A stretch of 64,000 nucleotides of DNA, from contig JAHRHZ010000088.1 of assembly GCA_024137785.1 (NCBI GenBank), positions 16,340,049-16,404,048 of the forward strand, read 5' to 3'. This DNA comes from Ginglymostoma cirratum (taxonomy: Eukaryota). The notes under the pieces are model-generated. The model saw nothing but the letters and a program-made list of their open reading frames with translations, made no database searches and was not told the origin of the DNA. The position numbers were made by a program, and so were the translations under genes. Positions 51,496 through 63,865 of the stretch are shown piece after piece. The stretch's first letter is position 1, and every line of letters starts with the position of its first letter.

Positions 51496-52658
51496 GATTT
51501 GTAGTTCCCTGCTTTTCCTTTGATCCTTTCTTAAATCGTGGGTGACATTTGCAAACTTCCAATCTGCAGTAATCATTCCAGAATCTGTGGAATTTAGAAG
51601 ATGATTACTAATGCATCAACAATTGGAAAAGTCATGTCCTTCAACATTCTGGGACGTAGACGGTTAGGTGCCAGGGTCTTAACGTTAAGCCCCATTAATT
51701 TCTCCAGTACCACTTCTTTTCTAATTTTAATTTTCTTGAACTCCTCATTCTCCCTAGCTTCTTGGATCTCTAAATCTGGGAGGTTTCTTGTTTCTCCCTC
51801 AGTAAAACTAGACACGAAGTAATCATTTAGCTTCTTTGCCATTCGTGTATTTTCCTATTTTAAATTCTCCTGTTTTTAATGGACCCTCATTTGTCTTAGC
51901 TATATGTTTCCTTTATTCATAGTTGCAGAAGCTTTTACAGTCCATTTTTCTGTAAACTGTTAGATTGTTTGTTTGTATTCTGTTCTTTCCTTATAAGCTT
52001 GTTGATTGTCATTCGCTGTATTCTTAAAAACTTCCCAATCCTCAAATATATTACATTTTACAGCTACTTTATAAGCCTTTTCTTTTAATCTTGTACAAGT
52101 CCAATCAAAATGCAGAACCTCACACTTTCCAAAAAGCACATTGTTTTCTATCTGACATTTCCTTGCATACTCTCCCAATCTGTCCAAGTCCTTCTGTAAC
52201 TTCCCACTTCCTCAACATTACTTGTCCCTCTTCCTGTATTGTTTGTTGTCTTTGCTCCCTATAATCCAGTAGGTGATCATATTATGGCTTCTGAGCCATG
52301 CCACTCTAGACATTGAAGCACAAGACCTCAATCTCACTTACATTTATATTTATTTCCTCCTCTGCCCTATATGCATGTCTTGATTAAGAGGTTTAGAAAG
52401 GCATGATCTGAACATGTTTAGCTCATTGCAACATCAATACTTAAACTTGATTGATATGAAAATTAAACCGAAAGAGAATTTAAATCGTAACACGTTCCTA
52501 AGGCTCAATGGTATGTATTTATGTAGCACAGAGACTAAAACGTTTAACCTGTTGACTAAACTGGATGAGAACAGGGAAATCAATGTGAAATTTAATGATT
52601 ATAGATAACTCAACAGGAATATTCTCTTGGAATTAAAATATGTTCCACTTTCCAACAG

Positions 52659-52715
52659 GTGCTCTGAAAAGGAATTTGACAGCTGACCATGTCAAGACTG
52701 ATTTTGTGACTTTGG
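52659..52715 (+). CDS. COMMD7: COMMD7 coding exon 4 (57 nt)
   Basis: ccaacag|GT...TTGG|gtatgt; GALKRNLTADHVKTDFVTL vs human GALKKSLTAKQVQADFITL. Confidence 0.95.
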
Positions 52716-52802
52716 GTATGTTGCAGTCAACCTTCATTAAACTACTCCATGAAATTCTTTCCATTTTAATGTTAAAAACTTACTTTCTTCTTGTTCATCA
52801 AG

Positions 52803-52840
52803 GGCTAAGTGAGGAAAAAGCTGGATGCTTTGCAGATCAG
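52803..52840 (+). CDS. COMMD7: COMMD7 coding exon 5 (38 nt)
   Basis: catcaag|GG...CAG|gtaaat; GLSEEKAGCFADQ vs human GLSEEKATYFSEK. Confidence 0.94.
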
Positions 52841-54317
52841 GTAAATTTTTATTTTGCTCCAACTTGTATAATTTTTAAAATCTAACCACGACTGTCTCAG
52901 ATTTAACCTAAAATGAAAATAAGAATGAGTTCTCAAAGCATACAACTCAAAGTCTTGTGATCTAATTCTGCATTTTGTGGAAATGGGGCAGCGAGAATGT
53001 TCAGATTCAATCATACTGTTACATAAAACTATTAAGGGAAGAAATATAGTTTCGGTAATCAAGTTTAGGTAATTGTTTAGACATCAGCACCATGTCGGAA
53101 CACTAAAACTGGATAAGGCCATAAATTTCTTTCAGGACATTTCCATCTACCAGTTTAGTAATCTGCTGTTTTTCAATGTTAGCCACAGTAGACAATTATA
53201 ATAGAATAAAATGTACTGCAAGAAATTATAGTACTTTCCAATATTCCAAAATTCACATTATCTTGATCTATTAAAGTAAGATGATTCATCACCTTAATTA
53301 TATCTCGATTTTGTGATTCAGTGATCTAATGCCAGGGCTTCATATAACGGTGCATGGTTTAGGTTTCACCTAGTCTTTAGAATATTGAGCATTCAAAGCA
53401 ATTGACTAACATTGCATGTTTTTATTATCAGATCACTACTACATGAATATTTAGCTATTTCACACACTTGCTAGCTGTGAAATTTTGGAACTGGAATTCA
53501 ATGTCGTTACAATTCCCCTTTGCAATACTTGAAAGCAAAGAGATCTTATCAAGAATTGGAGCTATCCAGGCTTGTATAGTGCTGGGCAAAAGGGATACAT
53601 CTTATATGTAGCTATTTAACTCCTACTTTTAGCCGTGTCAGTGTATGGAGGGGCAATGTGAACCTTAATAGATAGACAGTTAAGCCAAGGCTCAGGACTT
53701 AAGAAGAGTGAGAAAGGATGCTTGGAAACTATATCCGTTCATGTAACAAAAAGGACTCCTGCAAAGGGGTTTTGTAAATAATTGAGTCAGTGACATTTTC
53801 TACTATTACTTAAATTTTTGCATGTAATTACATTTCCAAGTTGCAATCTCATATCTTACTTGGTGGTACTAGCACAACAATCTTGGAGAATTTACTGGTG
53901 AGTCCTACTCCTCGTCACAGTCCTGGCTAACTGAACCCAAGCAGTTTTTGCAAACCAAATACCCAGAAAGGAAGAGGCAAAGAAGATATCTAAAGGAGTG
54001 TAAACAAAATTGTATTGCTTAAATACTGTGAAGTGGACACATTGCAAAGGAATACAAGCACTCTACATCTTCTTCACATGTGCAGTCCATAGACGTGCAT
54101 AAGTCTGCTGTTTGGAGTATTGTAACACTATCGGTAATACTGTAGCAATCTGATGCTGATGAAAATATGAAGATAAATTCTAGAATCCCAGTTAAAATTA
54201 GCGGTGCTCAACTGAGATCAAAAGCCATTTTGAATTTCAGTCCCTTTACTGGTGGCCCATTGTTGAAGGGTTCACATTTACATTTTAAATAATTCACATT
54301 TATATTTAGTTTAGGGG

Positions 54318-54515
54318 ATTGGCTGGTTGACGATACAGAGTGACGCCAAAAGTGTAGGTTCAATTCCTGCATCAACTGAGGTTACCATGAAGGATTCTCC
54401 TTCTCAACCTCTTCCCTCACCTGTATTGTGACCGTCAAGTTAAACCATTACCAATTGTCTCTTTCTAATGAGACAGTAGCTTATGATCTGGTAAGACAAT
54501 AACAACCTTACCTTC
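54318..54515 (+). mobile_element. Third tRNA-derived SINE family, decayed
   Basis: B-box-like GGTTCAATTCC at ~54357; body differs from HE1 and from the 17212 SINE. Confidence 0.5.
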
Positions 54516-54686
54516 AACTGAACAAAAAGAAGCCATTCTGTCTGACACAAATGCTGCCAGTAACTTGAATTTTTAGTGATTTTTCTTTTGCAGGAAGATG
54601 CCCAATGCACTTTACCAGAAACACAAATGAATAAGATGAACGATAGTCTTTTTTGAGTATTGTTTAATTCTGTGTTGTTTTTCCAG

Positions 54687-54777
54687 TGGAAATTGAATTC
54701 TGTGGTGCTGTCAAGACTGGCAGTGGGACAAACATTGACTGTCAATCAGTTAGTAGATATGGAGTGGAAATTTGGAG
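54687..54777 (+). CDS. COMMD7: COMMD7 coding exon 6 (91 nt), start of COMM domain
   Basis: tttccag|TGG...GGAG|gtaatt; WKLNSVVLSRLAVGQTLTVNQLVDMEWKFG contains the COMM-domain L.D.EWKFG signature. Confidence 0.97.
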
Positions 54778-56291
54778 GTAATTTTCAAATTCACTTTGTA
54801 TATCGTTGACTTTTTGATATATATGATGCATAATGTATTTTATGGCTTACATGAGGTTTGTTGGGATATAATTTATTCTGCTTAGCCCACCAATAAAAAT
54901 ATTCTTGTAAAATTCCTTTGCACAGTAATTTAACCCAGTTATTTCACAGGCATTGGAATACTGCGCAAGGAAATTTTGTACAAACACAGTTACTAATACT
55001 GTTGGAAACTTCATAATATCATTATTGTAGAGAAACAATTAGCTAGTGCACCAAGATCCATTTAAACTACAAGTATTTCACTTCGTATGCACAATGGAAA
55101 TCAGAAACAGGACCCAACCTGACTCCAATGTGAATGACAATTTCTGCCTTCAGGTGGTCTTACTGTAGTCTCAAATTGACACTTGACTCTAGGCTTTATG
55201 CCATAACTTTAGCACTAGTGCAGAGATGAAAGGAAATAATCTTAACATTAAGATTTGAATCCAAGACTTAGACAGAGTAGGGCAATAGATTTCCCTCATT
55301 CTAATTCAGTGTGAGTGAGTGGATGGGAAGAAATTTTAGTTAATGGCATGGAAATAGATGTAGGAAAGGGTACAAAAATCATGCTATCAATCTTCCCAAT
55401 GTCTAACTGAAGGACCTTTTGATACCACCCCCCTTCCCCCCCCCCCCCCTTTTAATTTGGGGGTGGCACAGGCTTCATCAGTTAGACCCCTGTAAGTGTC
55501 AACTCAGCACAATCCTGCACCCATGCTTCTTGACGTTCCTTAGTAAAAACAAAAAACACAGAGAGAGACCAGTAAATAACTGGTGTGGGCACTGCCTCCC
55601 CATTTACCTATGGATTATTTTCAAAGCGATGTGTACCAAGCGAGTGTGTTTTTACTGAAAGTGACCCCCTCAACAACACTACAATTGTAAAAATCAACAC
55701 TATAACCTTTTTCCTGAAGAAGTGGTCTGAAAAATTTGGCATTTGAAAAGGCATACAGTAACCATTGTTCCAACATCGATATGTAGTAAAATAGTTATTG
55801 ATGCCATTAATTTTACTGTCCAATAGTTTTAGCAGTTTTGATGCATACAATAAGGTATCATTATAAGTTGTCTAGTATGTATCTTCTTTTGGATAAATTC
55901 AGGATTCAACAGCCTACACTGATTACAGTTTATTTATTCTACCTCCTTTAAAAAATGTATTATTTCTGTGGCAAAGAAATGTGGAGTGGTTTTGATTTTA
56001 CTCTAAGTATGGTGTTCTACCTCTTGTGCTTGTACTTGCCAACAAGAGGAAGACAAATGAATTGGAGATTGTGGAATCATTCCAGGGTGTTTGTGCATAT
56101 TGAGAAGTGTGTAGACTCTTTCTGTGTGTGTTTGTGTGTGTGTGTGTTTTGTTTGCGGGGAGTGGGGGGTGCTGCTGTTATATAATACAGAAAGATTCAA
56201 ACTTTCATTATGAGATCTCCCCAAGGCAAGAACACAAAGGTTAGAGAGAAAACCAGAGGTGTTGCTTCATCTACACTTCCTTTGTTTGCAG

Positions 56292-56341
56292 TAACAGCAG
56301 GGAGCAGTGAATTGCAAAAGGTTGGCAGCGTATTTTTACAG
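56292..56341 (+). CDS. COMMD7: COMMD7 coding exon 7 (50 nt)
   Basis: tttgcag|TA...CAG|gtaatt; VTAGSSELQKVGSVFLQ vs human VTSGSSELEKVGSIFLQ. Confidence 0.96.
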
Positions 56342-56909
56342 GTAATTATTTTATTATTTTTAAATTTAATAAATAATCATGTATCAATATGAGTTTTATA
56401 TTAAATCCAAGGATCTCTACCCCTGTAAGTCTTATTGTTAAATACCAAGTTCTGAGAATTTGTGAGAATACTTCTCATCCTATATAATTTCTGTTGAAAC
56501 TGTGATTGAACACTGTGTAGATGAATGGCACATTTATTCTAAGCAAACCTTGGCAGTGTCTTTTGTTTTAATTTTTAAAGCTGAGTTTATGCGTCATAAC
56601 ATACCTTGCAATTTCTAAGTAAAATAAATACCATAACTTTGATCATCATACTGTCACCATTAACTTTAGATCATGTAGCTACAACAAGTTGTTTCGGCAT
56701 CAATTTCTTTATCATCAGTTGTGTGGGACTGCATTTGTTTAGTTCCATTCCTACCTGCACAGTTGTAGCCAGAGAATCACTAGCACTGGCTTATCGTCCT
56801 GCTTCCACATTCTAACTTTGTGTTACACAAGGATCTGTCCTTTGCACTTCTTGTTTCAACAAGCTACTCCTCAGCAACATCGCCTGAAAATTTAGTGTGA
56901 GTTACATAT

Positions 56910-58350
56910 AAATATAGGAATCAGGAATAGGAGTAGGCATTGAGCCTCTTAAGCCAGTTCTGCCGGTCAATAAAATTATGGCTGATCCCATTGTAACCTC
57001 AAATCTACATTCCCGCCTACTCATCATAACCTTTCAACCCCTTGCTTAAGAATCTGTCTACCTCTGCTTAATAAATACTCAAGCCCTTTAATTCCACTAC
57101 CATTTCAGGAAGAGAGTTGCAAAGATTCTCAATCTTTTGAGCAAAATCTAAATGAGTGGGGCCCCCCCCCCCCCCCCCACCCCCAACAACTTCCCTTGTG
57201 ACTCCTAGCTTTAGATTCCCACAAGAGGAAACGTCATCTCAATATCTACCTCATCAAGACCCCCCACCCCCAGGATTCTATATGTTTCATTTAAGTCACT
57301 TCTTACTCTTCTCAGCTTCAGCAGATAGAAGCCACAGCTGTCCAACCTTTCCCCTTAAGGCAGCCCACTCCAGGTATTAGTCTAGTAAACCTTCTTTGAA
57401 TTGTTTCCAACACATTTCCGTGCTTCCTTAAATAAGGTGACCAGTACTGTTTAGGGCAGCACAGTGGTTAGCACTGCTGCCTCACAGCACCAAATATCCG
57501 GCTTTGATTCCAGCCTTGGGTGACTGTCTATGTGGGGTTTCCACCTTCTCCCTGTGTCTGCATGGGTTTCTGGTTTTCTCCAACAGGCCATAAATGTGCA
57601 GGTTAAGTGGATTGGCCGTGATAAATTGTCCATAGTGGCCAGGGATGTGTAGGCTAGGTGGATTAGCCATGGTAAATGTGGAGTTACAGAGATAGGCTAA
57701 GGGGCTGGGTCTGCGTGAGATGTTGTTCAGAGTTTTGGTGCAAACTTAATGGACTGACTGGCCTTTTTCTGCACTGTATTGATTCTGTGATTCATTTATG
57801 TCTACTCTTCCTGTTAAGCATCCAATCTTTTACCCATGCCAATATGCTACCCCCAGTACTAGGAGCTTTTGTTTTCTGCGATAACTTTTGATGTGGCACC
57901 TTATCAATGGCCTTCTGGAAGTCTAAGTATTATGTATCCAGTGGCTTCCCTTTACCAACAGAACATGTAACCTCTGAGAACACCAATAGATTGTTCCAAC
58001 ATGATTTTCCATTCACAAAATCGGGTTGATTCTGCCTGATTACCTTGAACTTATTCAAGTGCCTTGCTATAACTTCTTTAATAACAGCTGTTAACATTTT
58101 CTCTATGTGAAATATTTAACTAGCCTGTGGTTTGCACTTTCTGTCTCCCTCCCTTTTTGAATGTATTTTGTTATCTTCCAATCTGATGGGACTGTCCTTG
58201 AGTCTAGCAAGGTTTGGACATTTACAACCAAAGCATCAACTATCACACTGGCCACTTTTTTTTAAGATCCTAGAATGAAGTCCATCAGGAACTATGCACC
58301 TGTTAGGGCACAGCTTCAACAATTTACTCAGTGCCACTTCTCTGGCACTC
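56910..58350 (-). mobile_element. CR1 LINE 3' portion with an inserted HE1
   Basis: CR1 tail aggaatcaggaataggagtaggc; RT remnant DFQKAIDKVPHQKL. Confidence 0.75.
57454..57792 (+). mobile_element. HE1 SINE
   Basis: gggcagcacagtggttagcactgctgcctcacagc head; V-domain; gattctgtga tail. Confidence 0.88.
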
Positions 58351-58599
58351 TTTTGACAGCATTATCATGGCCTTTGTCTTTGTCTTTTTCTCTGAGTTCA
58401 CTCACCATCTGTTCCACTTGCTGCTCTCCCCACCCACCCCCTCCCATCTTTTAATAACATAACACGACCATTTTCCAGCTTGTTTCAGTTACAAAGAAAT
58501 GTCACACTGGACTTGAAACGTTAATTCTGTTTCTCTGTCCACAGATGCTGCCAGCCCTTCTGAGTTTCTCCAGCAATTTCTGTTTTATTTATATTTATA

Positions 58600-59330
58600 A
58601 TCTGCTTTTACATCATAAAATGTCCAGAGGTGCTTTGCAGAATCACTTAAAATAAATATGTTACCAAACAGCATAAAATGATATTAGGTCAAATGCACAA
58701 ATACCTGATCAAAGAAATAGGTCTAGGAGTCTTTTAAAGGAGGGCAGTGAGATAGACAGATGCAGCCAAAATATTTCCAGACATTAGGGCCATGATAAGT
58801 ACTATCGGTGATTGAGCAATCAAAATTAGGTATGCATAAAATTAGAGGACTGCAGGTATCTCAGAGGGTTGTGTGGTAGAAGAGATTACAAAAGTTGGGT
58901 GTGTGGTGAAGCCGTGGAGGGATTGGAAAACAAGATTGGAAACTTTTAAAATCAAGACTTTGCTTGTCTATGAACCAATGTCGATCAGGGAGCACAGGAA
59001 AATGGGACTTGCTACGATCTAAAACATGCGCAGGAGGGTTTTGGATTTCTTCAAGATTTCTGACATTACAATATGAATTAACAGCCAGGATTGCATCAGA
59101 AATGTTAAGTCTAGAGCTTTCAACAACAGATGAGCTGAGACGGTTGAGTGAAGTTGACATATTTTAGATGTAGAAAAAGGCCTTCTGAATCATTGCACAG
59201 ATATAATATGTGAAGCTCATCTCAAAATCAGATGTAACTCCACAATTACAGATAGACTGGCTTAATCTCCAGGTTGCTTCCATGAAGAGGGATAGAGACA
59301 ACTGGGAGCTGAATTTAGGAATTTACCCCA
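58600..59330 (-). mobile_element. Old L2-like LINE remnant, preceded by a PLE pLTR at ~58350-58590 (+)
   Basis: LPDRHWF...LDFK motif in ORF 58861-59160; similarity to 26390-26780. Confidence 0.55.
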
Positions 59331-59951
59331 ATATTTCACACTGTATTGTTATTGATGAAAACAGCTATCTTATAAATAAGTAATTTTAATACACATGAGA
59401 AAAGCTTTGTAAATCTAAAAATCTTAAGCTGTGAAACAATAATAACTGTGAAAATGATCACATGCAATGAAGGAGATGGTGCACATTACAAGGAACTCAT
59501 TTTAGAGTAGAAAATAACCACCGAAAACGTGCACACCCATATCAAAGGCATGCAGAAGGAATTCTAATGCACAGAAACAAGGCATGGTAGCATATAATTC
59601 TCAGCAGGGTGAGGCTTTAGCCTTAAGTGAAACATTGGAAATAGCTGAATGAAGATGTTTTTCTATGTATGTAGGGAAGAAAATGGAACATGTTATGCAG
59701 AATTGCTTGTAAGCCACTTGAGGATTGACACAGAGTAGCAAGCAAGTCTCTGGCTTTCCCTCAGTGGTTGAATACTCAATGTTGGAGAGATTTGAAAGAT
59801 GAGAAGGTAGAAAATGTTCTTAAAGCATTATCTGAAAACGAATCAAGACGCAACAAGTGATACTTAATTCGGAGATAGCAAGAACTGCAGAGTCAACGCA
59901 GTGTGGGGCTGGAGGAATATGGAAGGTCAGGCAGCATCAGAGGAACAGGAA

Positions 59952-59987
59952 AGTCGATGTTTCGAATCGGGACCCTTCTTCAGAACT
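59952..59987 (-). ncRNA. Minimal hammerhead ribozyme motif
   Basis: Minus strand AGTT-CTGAAGA-AGGGTCCCGATTC-GAAAC-ATC-GACT. Confidence 0.65.
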
Positions 59988-60468
59988 GGACAGGGGGAAT
60001 GGAGCTGGAAAATAAATAGAGGGAAGAGGGGTGGGGCTGCTGGTGTAGTCCAGGTAGCAATAAGAGTCGGGTTTGAAATAGATGTTGATGCTGAGGCAGT
60101 TACCAGAGATGGAGACAGAGGCGCCCAGGAAGGACAGGGAGGTATCGGAGGTTGTCCAGGTGATTTTGAGATTGGGGTTAAAAGTGTTAGTAAAGTTGGT
60201 GAACTGTTCAAGCTCCTCATGGGAGCTCGAGGCAGTATCGATACAATCTCTCCATCCCCAGACTCATCGCATGTCCAACCCTCCCCCTCATCCCCGCCTC
60301 CTTGACCTGAAAAAACCTGTCCATCTTTTCTTCCACCTATCCACCCCACCCTTCCTGCTGACCAATCCCACCACCCCTACCTGCATCCACCTATCACCAT
60401 CCCAGCTACCTTCCCACAGCCCCACCCCTCCTCCCTCTATTTATTTCCCAGCTCCCTTTCCCCTCCTC

Positions 60469-60504
60469 AGTTCTGAAGAAGGGTCCTGACCTGAAACGTC
60501 AACT
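60469..60504 (+). ncRNA. Best-preserved minimal type I hammerhead ribozyme
   Basis: Stem I AGTT/AACT, core CTGAAGA, stem II GGGT-cctg-ACCT, GAAA, palindromic ACGT stem III, GTC cleavage triplet (C60500). Confidence 0.8.
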
Positions 60505-60619
60505 TTCCTACTCTTCTGCTGCCTGACCTGCTATGTTCCTCCAGCTCCACACTGTGTTGAGTCCTGCTTAATTCCCTTAATTTAGTTATTTTAAGGCTAA
60601 ATAAACTCTGGCTTTGTTT

Positions 60620-62480
60620 TTAGTTGTCGAGGAGTGTGGTTTTCACTGGCTGGGCTAGTTTTTATTGCTCATCCCTGATTATCTTTGGTGTAGATACACC
60701 CAGAATGCTGTTAGGGAGAGAATTTTGAACGAGCAGCAATGGGAATATACTTCCACGTCGAGATGATGTGTGGTTTGGAGGGGACCTTGCAAGTGATAGT
60801 GTTCTATGTAAGTGCTGTCCTTATCCTTTGTTTAAGGAGCATTGGTGAATTTCTGCAGTGCATCTTGCAAGCGGCAAACACTGTTGCTTCTTTGTGTGAG
60901 TGGTGGAATGAATGAATGTTTGTGGATTTGGTACCAATCAAGCCATCTGTTTTGTTCTGGGTGGTGTCAAACCTCTTGAATACTGTTGGAGCTGCACTCA
61001 TCCAGGCAAGTAAGGAGTATTCCAATGCATGCCTGACTTGTGCCTTGTAGATGTTGACTAGGATGTTTGGAGTCAGGAGGTGAATTACTGGCTGCAGAAT
61101 TCCTACCTTCTGACTTGTTGTTATTGCCACAGTATTTCTATAAGGTAGGGAGGAGGAGGTTTATAAGAGATTTGAGGGACATGTTTTTTTCATCTGGGGG
61201 GTTATGGGCATATGGAACTCATTGCCTGAAAGGGTGATAGATTTGGGTACTTTCAAGACATCTAAGAACCATTTAGATGAGTACTTCAAATATCATAACG
61301 TACAAGGCTATTGGCCAAATGCTGGATAATGGGATTAGAATAGATGGACGTTTGATGACTAGCATGGGCTGGATGGGCCGCAGGGCCTCTTTGCATGCTG
61401 TAGAAACTCTGACTGTATAGGCTAGTCCAGTTTAGTTTTTTCATTAGCGATGGTTCCCAGGATGTTGATACAGGAGGGGTGGGATTCAGCAGTGGCAATG
61501 CCATTTAAGATCAAGGGTCAGTAGGTCGATTCCGTCATTGGAGGTGGTCACTGCTTGGCACTTGTACGGTGTAAACGTTATTTGCCATTATCAGCCTAAA
61601 CCTGGATATTGTCCAGATTTTGTTGCATTTGGACATAGACTGAGGAATTGTAGATAGTGCTGCGCATTGTACAATTATCAGTGAAAATCTCCACACCAGA
61701 GTTTATCATGGAGGGACGGCTATTGATGAAGTTGCTGAAGATGCTATTCTGAGGAATTCCTGCAGAGATGTTCTGGAGCTGAGATTACTGACCTACAACA
61801 ACCACAACCATCTTCCTATGTGCCAAGTATGACTCCATCCAGCAGAGAGTTTTCCCTGATTCCCATTGATTCCAGTTTTGCTGGAGTTCCCTGAATGACT
61901 CACTTGGTCAAATATGCCCTTGAAGTCAAGGGCAGTCACTGTCACCTCATCTTCAAGTTCAGCTGTTTTGGTTCAAACATGGACAAGACTGTAATAAGGT
62001 CAGGAGCTGTGTCGCCCTGACATAACTAAAACTGTGTATTGTTGTGCAGGTTATTGCAAAGCAGGTGCTGTGTGATAACACTATTAATGACCCCTTCTGT
62101 CACTGTGCTTATGATCGAGTAGTCTGGTGAGATGTTAATTGCCCAGGTTGGATTTGACCTGGTTTTTGGACATGACATACCTTGGTAATTTTCCATATTG
62201 TTGAGACGACGTCAGTGTTCCTGTTTTAGTGGAACAGCTTAGCAAGGGGTGCAGCGACTTCTAGAACACAAATCTTCAGTACTACTGTTGGAATATTGCG
62301 GGCCCATAGCTTTTGCAAAATCCAGTACCTTCAGCCATTTCTTGATCTCACGTGGAGAATTGAATTGGCTGAAGACTGGTATTTGCGATGCTAGGAACCT
62401 GCAGAGGAAGCCAAGATGAATTATCCACTTGGCACTTTGGCTGAAGACTGTTTCAAATGCTTAACCCTCATCTTTTGCAG
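60620..62480 (-). mobile_element. Second-family LINE with an inserted CR1 3' end (+, ~61140-61418)
   Basis: IYKAQVR..LEYS..AWMSAAPT motif; collinear with 11480-13170. Confidence 0.85.
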
Positions 62481-62675
62481 AGAATCGCTTTACCACTGAA
62501 AGTTATGTGAGTTTCTTTATCTTGTGCCTTACAATTCATGAATAATCATCAACCAGCTACTGTTTACTACATTAACTGAGTCATCTATGAATTGAGCTGG
62601 AATTGCTCAGTATTTTCATTAGATCCATTGTGTAATTTGTAACCTTATTTGTAATGAATTTTTTTCTCATTTCAG

Positions 62676-62724
62676 TTAAAATTAGTTATAAAGAAGGGGA
62701 ACAAGAGTGAAAATGTTTACATGG
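62676..62724 (+). CDS. COMMD7: COMMD7 coding exon 8 (49 nt)
   Basis: tttcag|TTA...ATGG|gttagt; LKLVIKKGNKSENVYM vs human LKLVVKKGNQTENVYI. Confidence 0.96.
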
Positions 62725-62810
62725 GTTAGTGTGTGTATATATTAATTTCAACTTTTTTATTCCTTGAGCGATTATGTATATTAGCTAACATTTTATTTTT
62801 CTTTGTTTAG

Positions 62811-62887
62811 AGTTGACTTTACCACAGTTCTATAACTTCTTACATGAAATGGAACAAGCCAAGACTAGCCTTGAATGTTTCAGTTAA
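62811..62887 (+). CDS. COMMD7: COMMD7 coding exon 9 (77 nt, includes TAA)
   Basis: gtttag|AG; ELTLPQFYNFLHEMEQAKTSLECFS* vs human ELTLPQFYSFLHEMERVRTSMECFC; the 9 exons sum to 603 nt = 200 aa + stop; branch-point-like CTAAC near 62785. Confidence 0.97.
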
Positions 62888-63063
62888 ATTGCTGCATCAT
62901 TATTCAGCAAGTTGTTTAACTTTGTTTAAAGTTCATTTTCTTCTTGTTCAAAAAGTCCATTTGTACATTCAAGTAAAAGAGATCACCATTATTTATAACT
63001 TTGAATTGTGCCCAGGAAGCACCTGTTGTCCTTTATCAGTTATAAATGTTTAACAATTATGTA

Positions 63064-63069
63064 AATAAA
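63064..63069 (+). terminator. Candidate COMMD7 polyadenylation signal
   Basis: First AATAAA, ~180 nt after the stop codon, followed by GT/T-rich sequence. Confidence 0.55.
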
Positions 63070-63574
63070 ATTATTCTGTGCGGAGTGTATACATTAGGCC
63101 ATTCTTTTTATTGCTTTGAAAGAGTTATACTCCTTTCTACATCTTCCCACATTGCACATCGTGAGCTCAGAATGCCAATGATATTGAACTGTCATAAACA
63201 CTCTGTCAGTGAAACACTTTATAAAGCTGATTTGCCTGCTTCACCTCCATGTAAGTAAACAGTTCGTCTCTACTTCAAGCTCTCTTTGATTGTAGAGTTG
63301 CAATTAGAATCTCTCTGTGAGGGAGATTTTCATCGTAAGTCTGAATTCAACTTTTCTCTAATGCATCATACTGAATACAAGAAAACGTTTTAAGTCTGAT
63401 AACTGCTGTGAAGGAAGAGTAGTCCATTTCCATACAACAAATGAGATAAATTATCATCTTGTCTGCTTTCAATGTAAGGTGAGCTAAGTGCTGTTTATTG
63501 CTTCCCTACACAGGCAATCAATTTAATATTTACCCCTAAGGCAATGCAATATTTCACTACTGCACTGAAACAAG

Positions 63575-63865
63575 GACAAGGTAGTGTCCTTCTTCCAACC
63601 ATCTTCAGTTGCTTCATTAATGGCCTTCCCTCCATGATAAGGTCAGGGGTGGAGATTTTCACTGATGATTGCACAATGTTCAGTCCTATATGCAACTCCT
63701 CAGATACTGAAACAGTCTATGTCCAAATGCAACAAAATCTGGACAATATCCAGGTTTGTGCTGTAGAAATACAGGACTTCTATGTTCAAATCCTGAAGTG
63801 GGGCTTGAATCCACAACCTTCTGAGTTGAGTTGAAAATGCATCCAATCTAGCTAAGCTGACTGTT
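63575..63865. mobile_element. Second-family LINE RT fragment (+) and DeuSINE head remnant (-)
   Basis: QGSVLLPTIFSCFINGLP...FTDD; then gaagtggggcttgaatccacaaccttctga. Confidence 0.65.

Larger units (their letters stand above)
46025..52200 (-). mobile_element. Nested CR1 complex: CR1-A (46025-46370, resumes ~49856-52200) interrupted by CR1-B (46374-49850)
   Basis: RT motifs YKTLVRPQ..YCVQFW, KSPEPDKIYPRLLWE, YLDFQKAFD, LNDYFVSSFT; CR1-A is collinear across the CR1-B insertion. Confidence 0.8.
59871..60566. mobile_element. PLE insertion with inverted pLTRs around an RT fragment
   Basis: Minus pLTR 59871-60040, minus RT piece 60041-60240 (FKPDSYCYLDYTS), plus pLTR 60270-60565; CTTAATTC flanks at 59863-59870 and 60567-60574. 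Confidence 0.82.

Noticed and set aside
55428-57184. Poly-C tracts (55428-55449, 57162-57184) and (GT)n at ~56124 giving poly-Pro ORFs
   Set aside because: Simple low-complexity runs
59901-60489. Three overlapping 134-140 aa ORFs
   Set aside because: Alternate frames of a GC-rich PLE fragment
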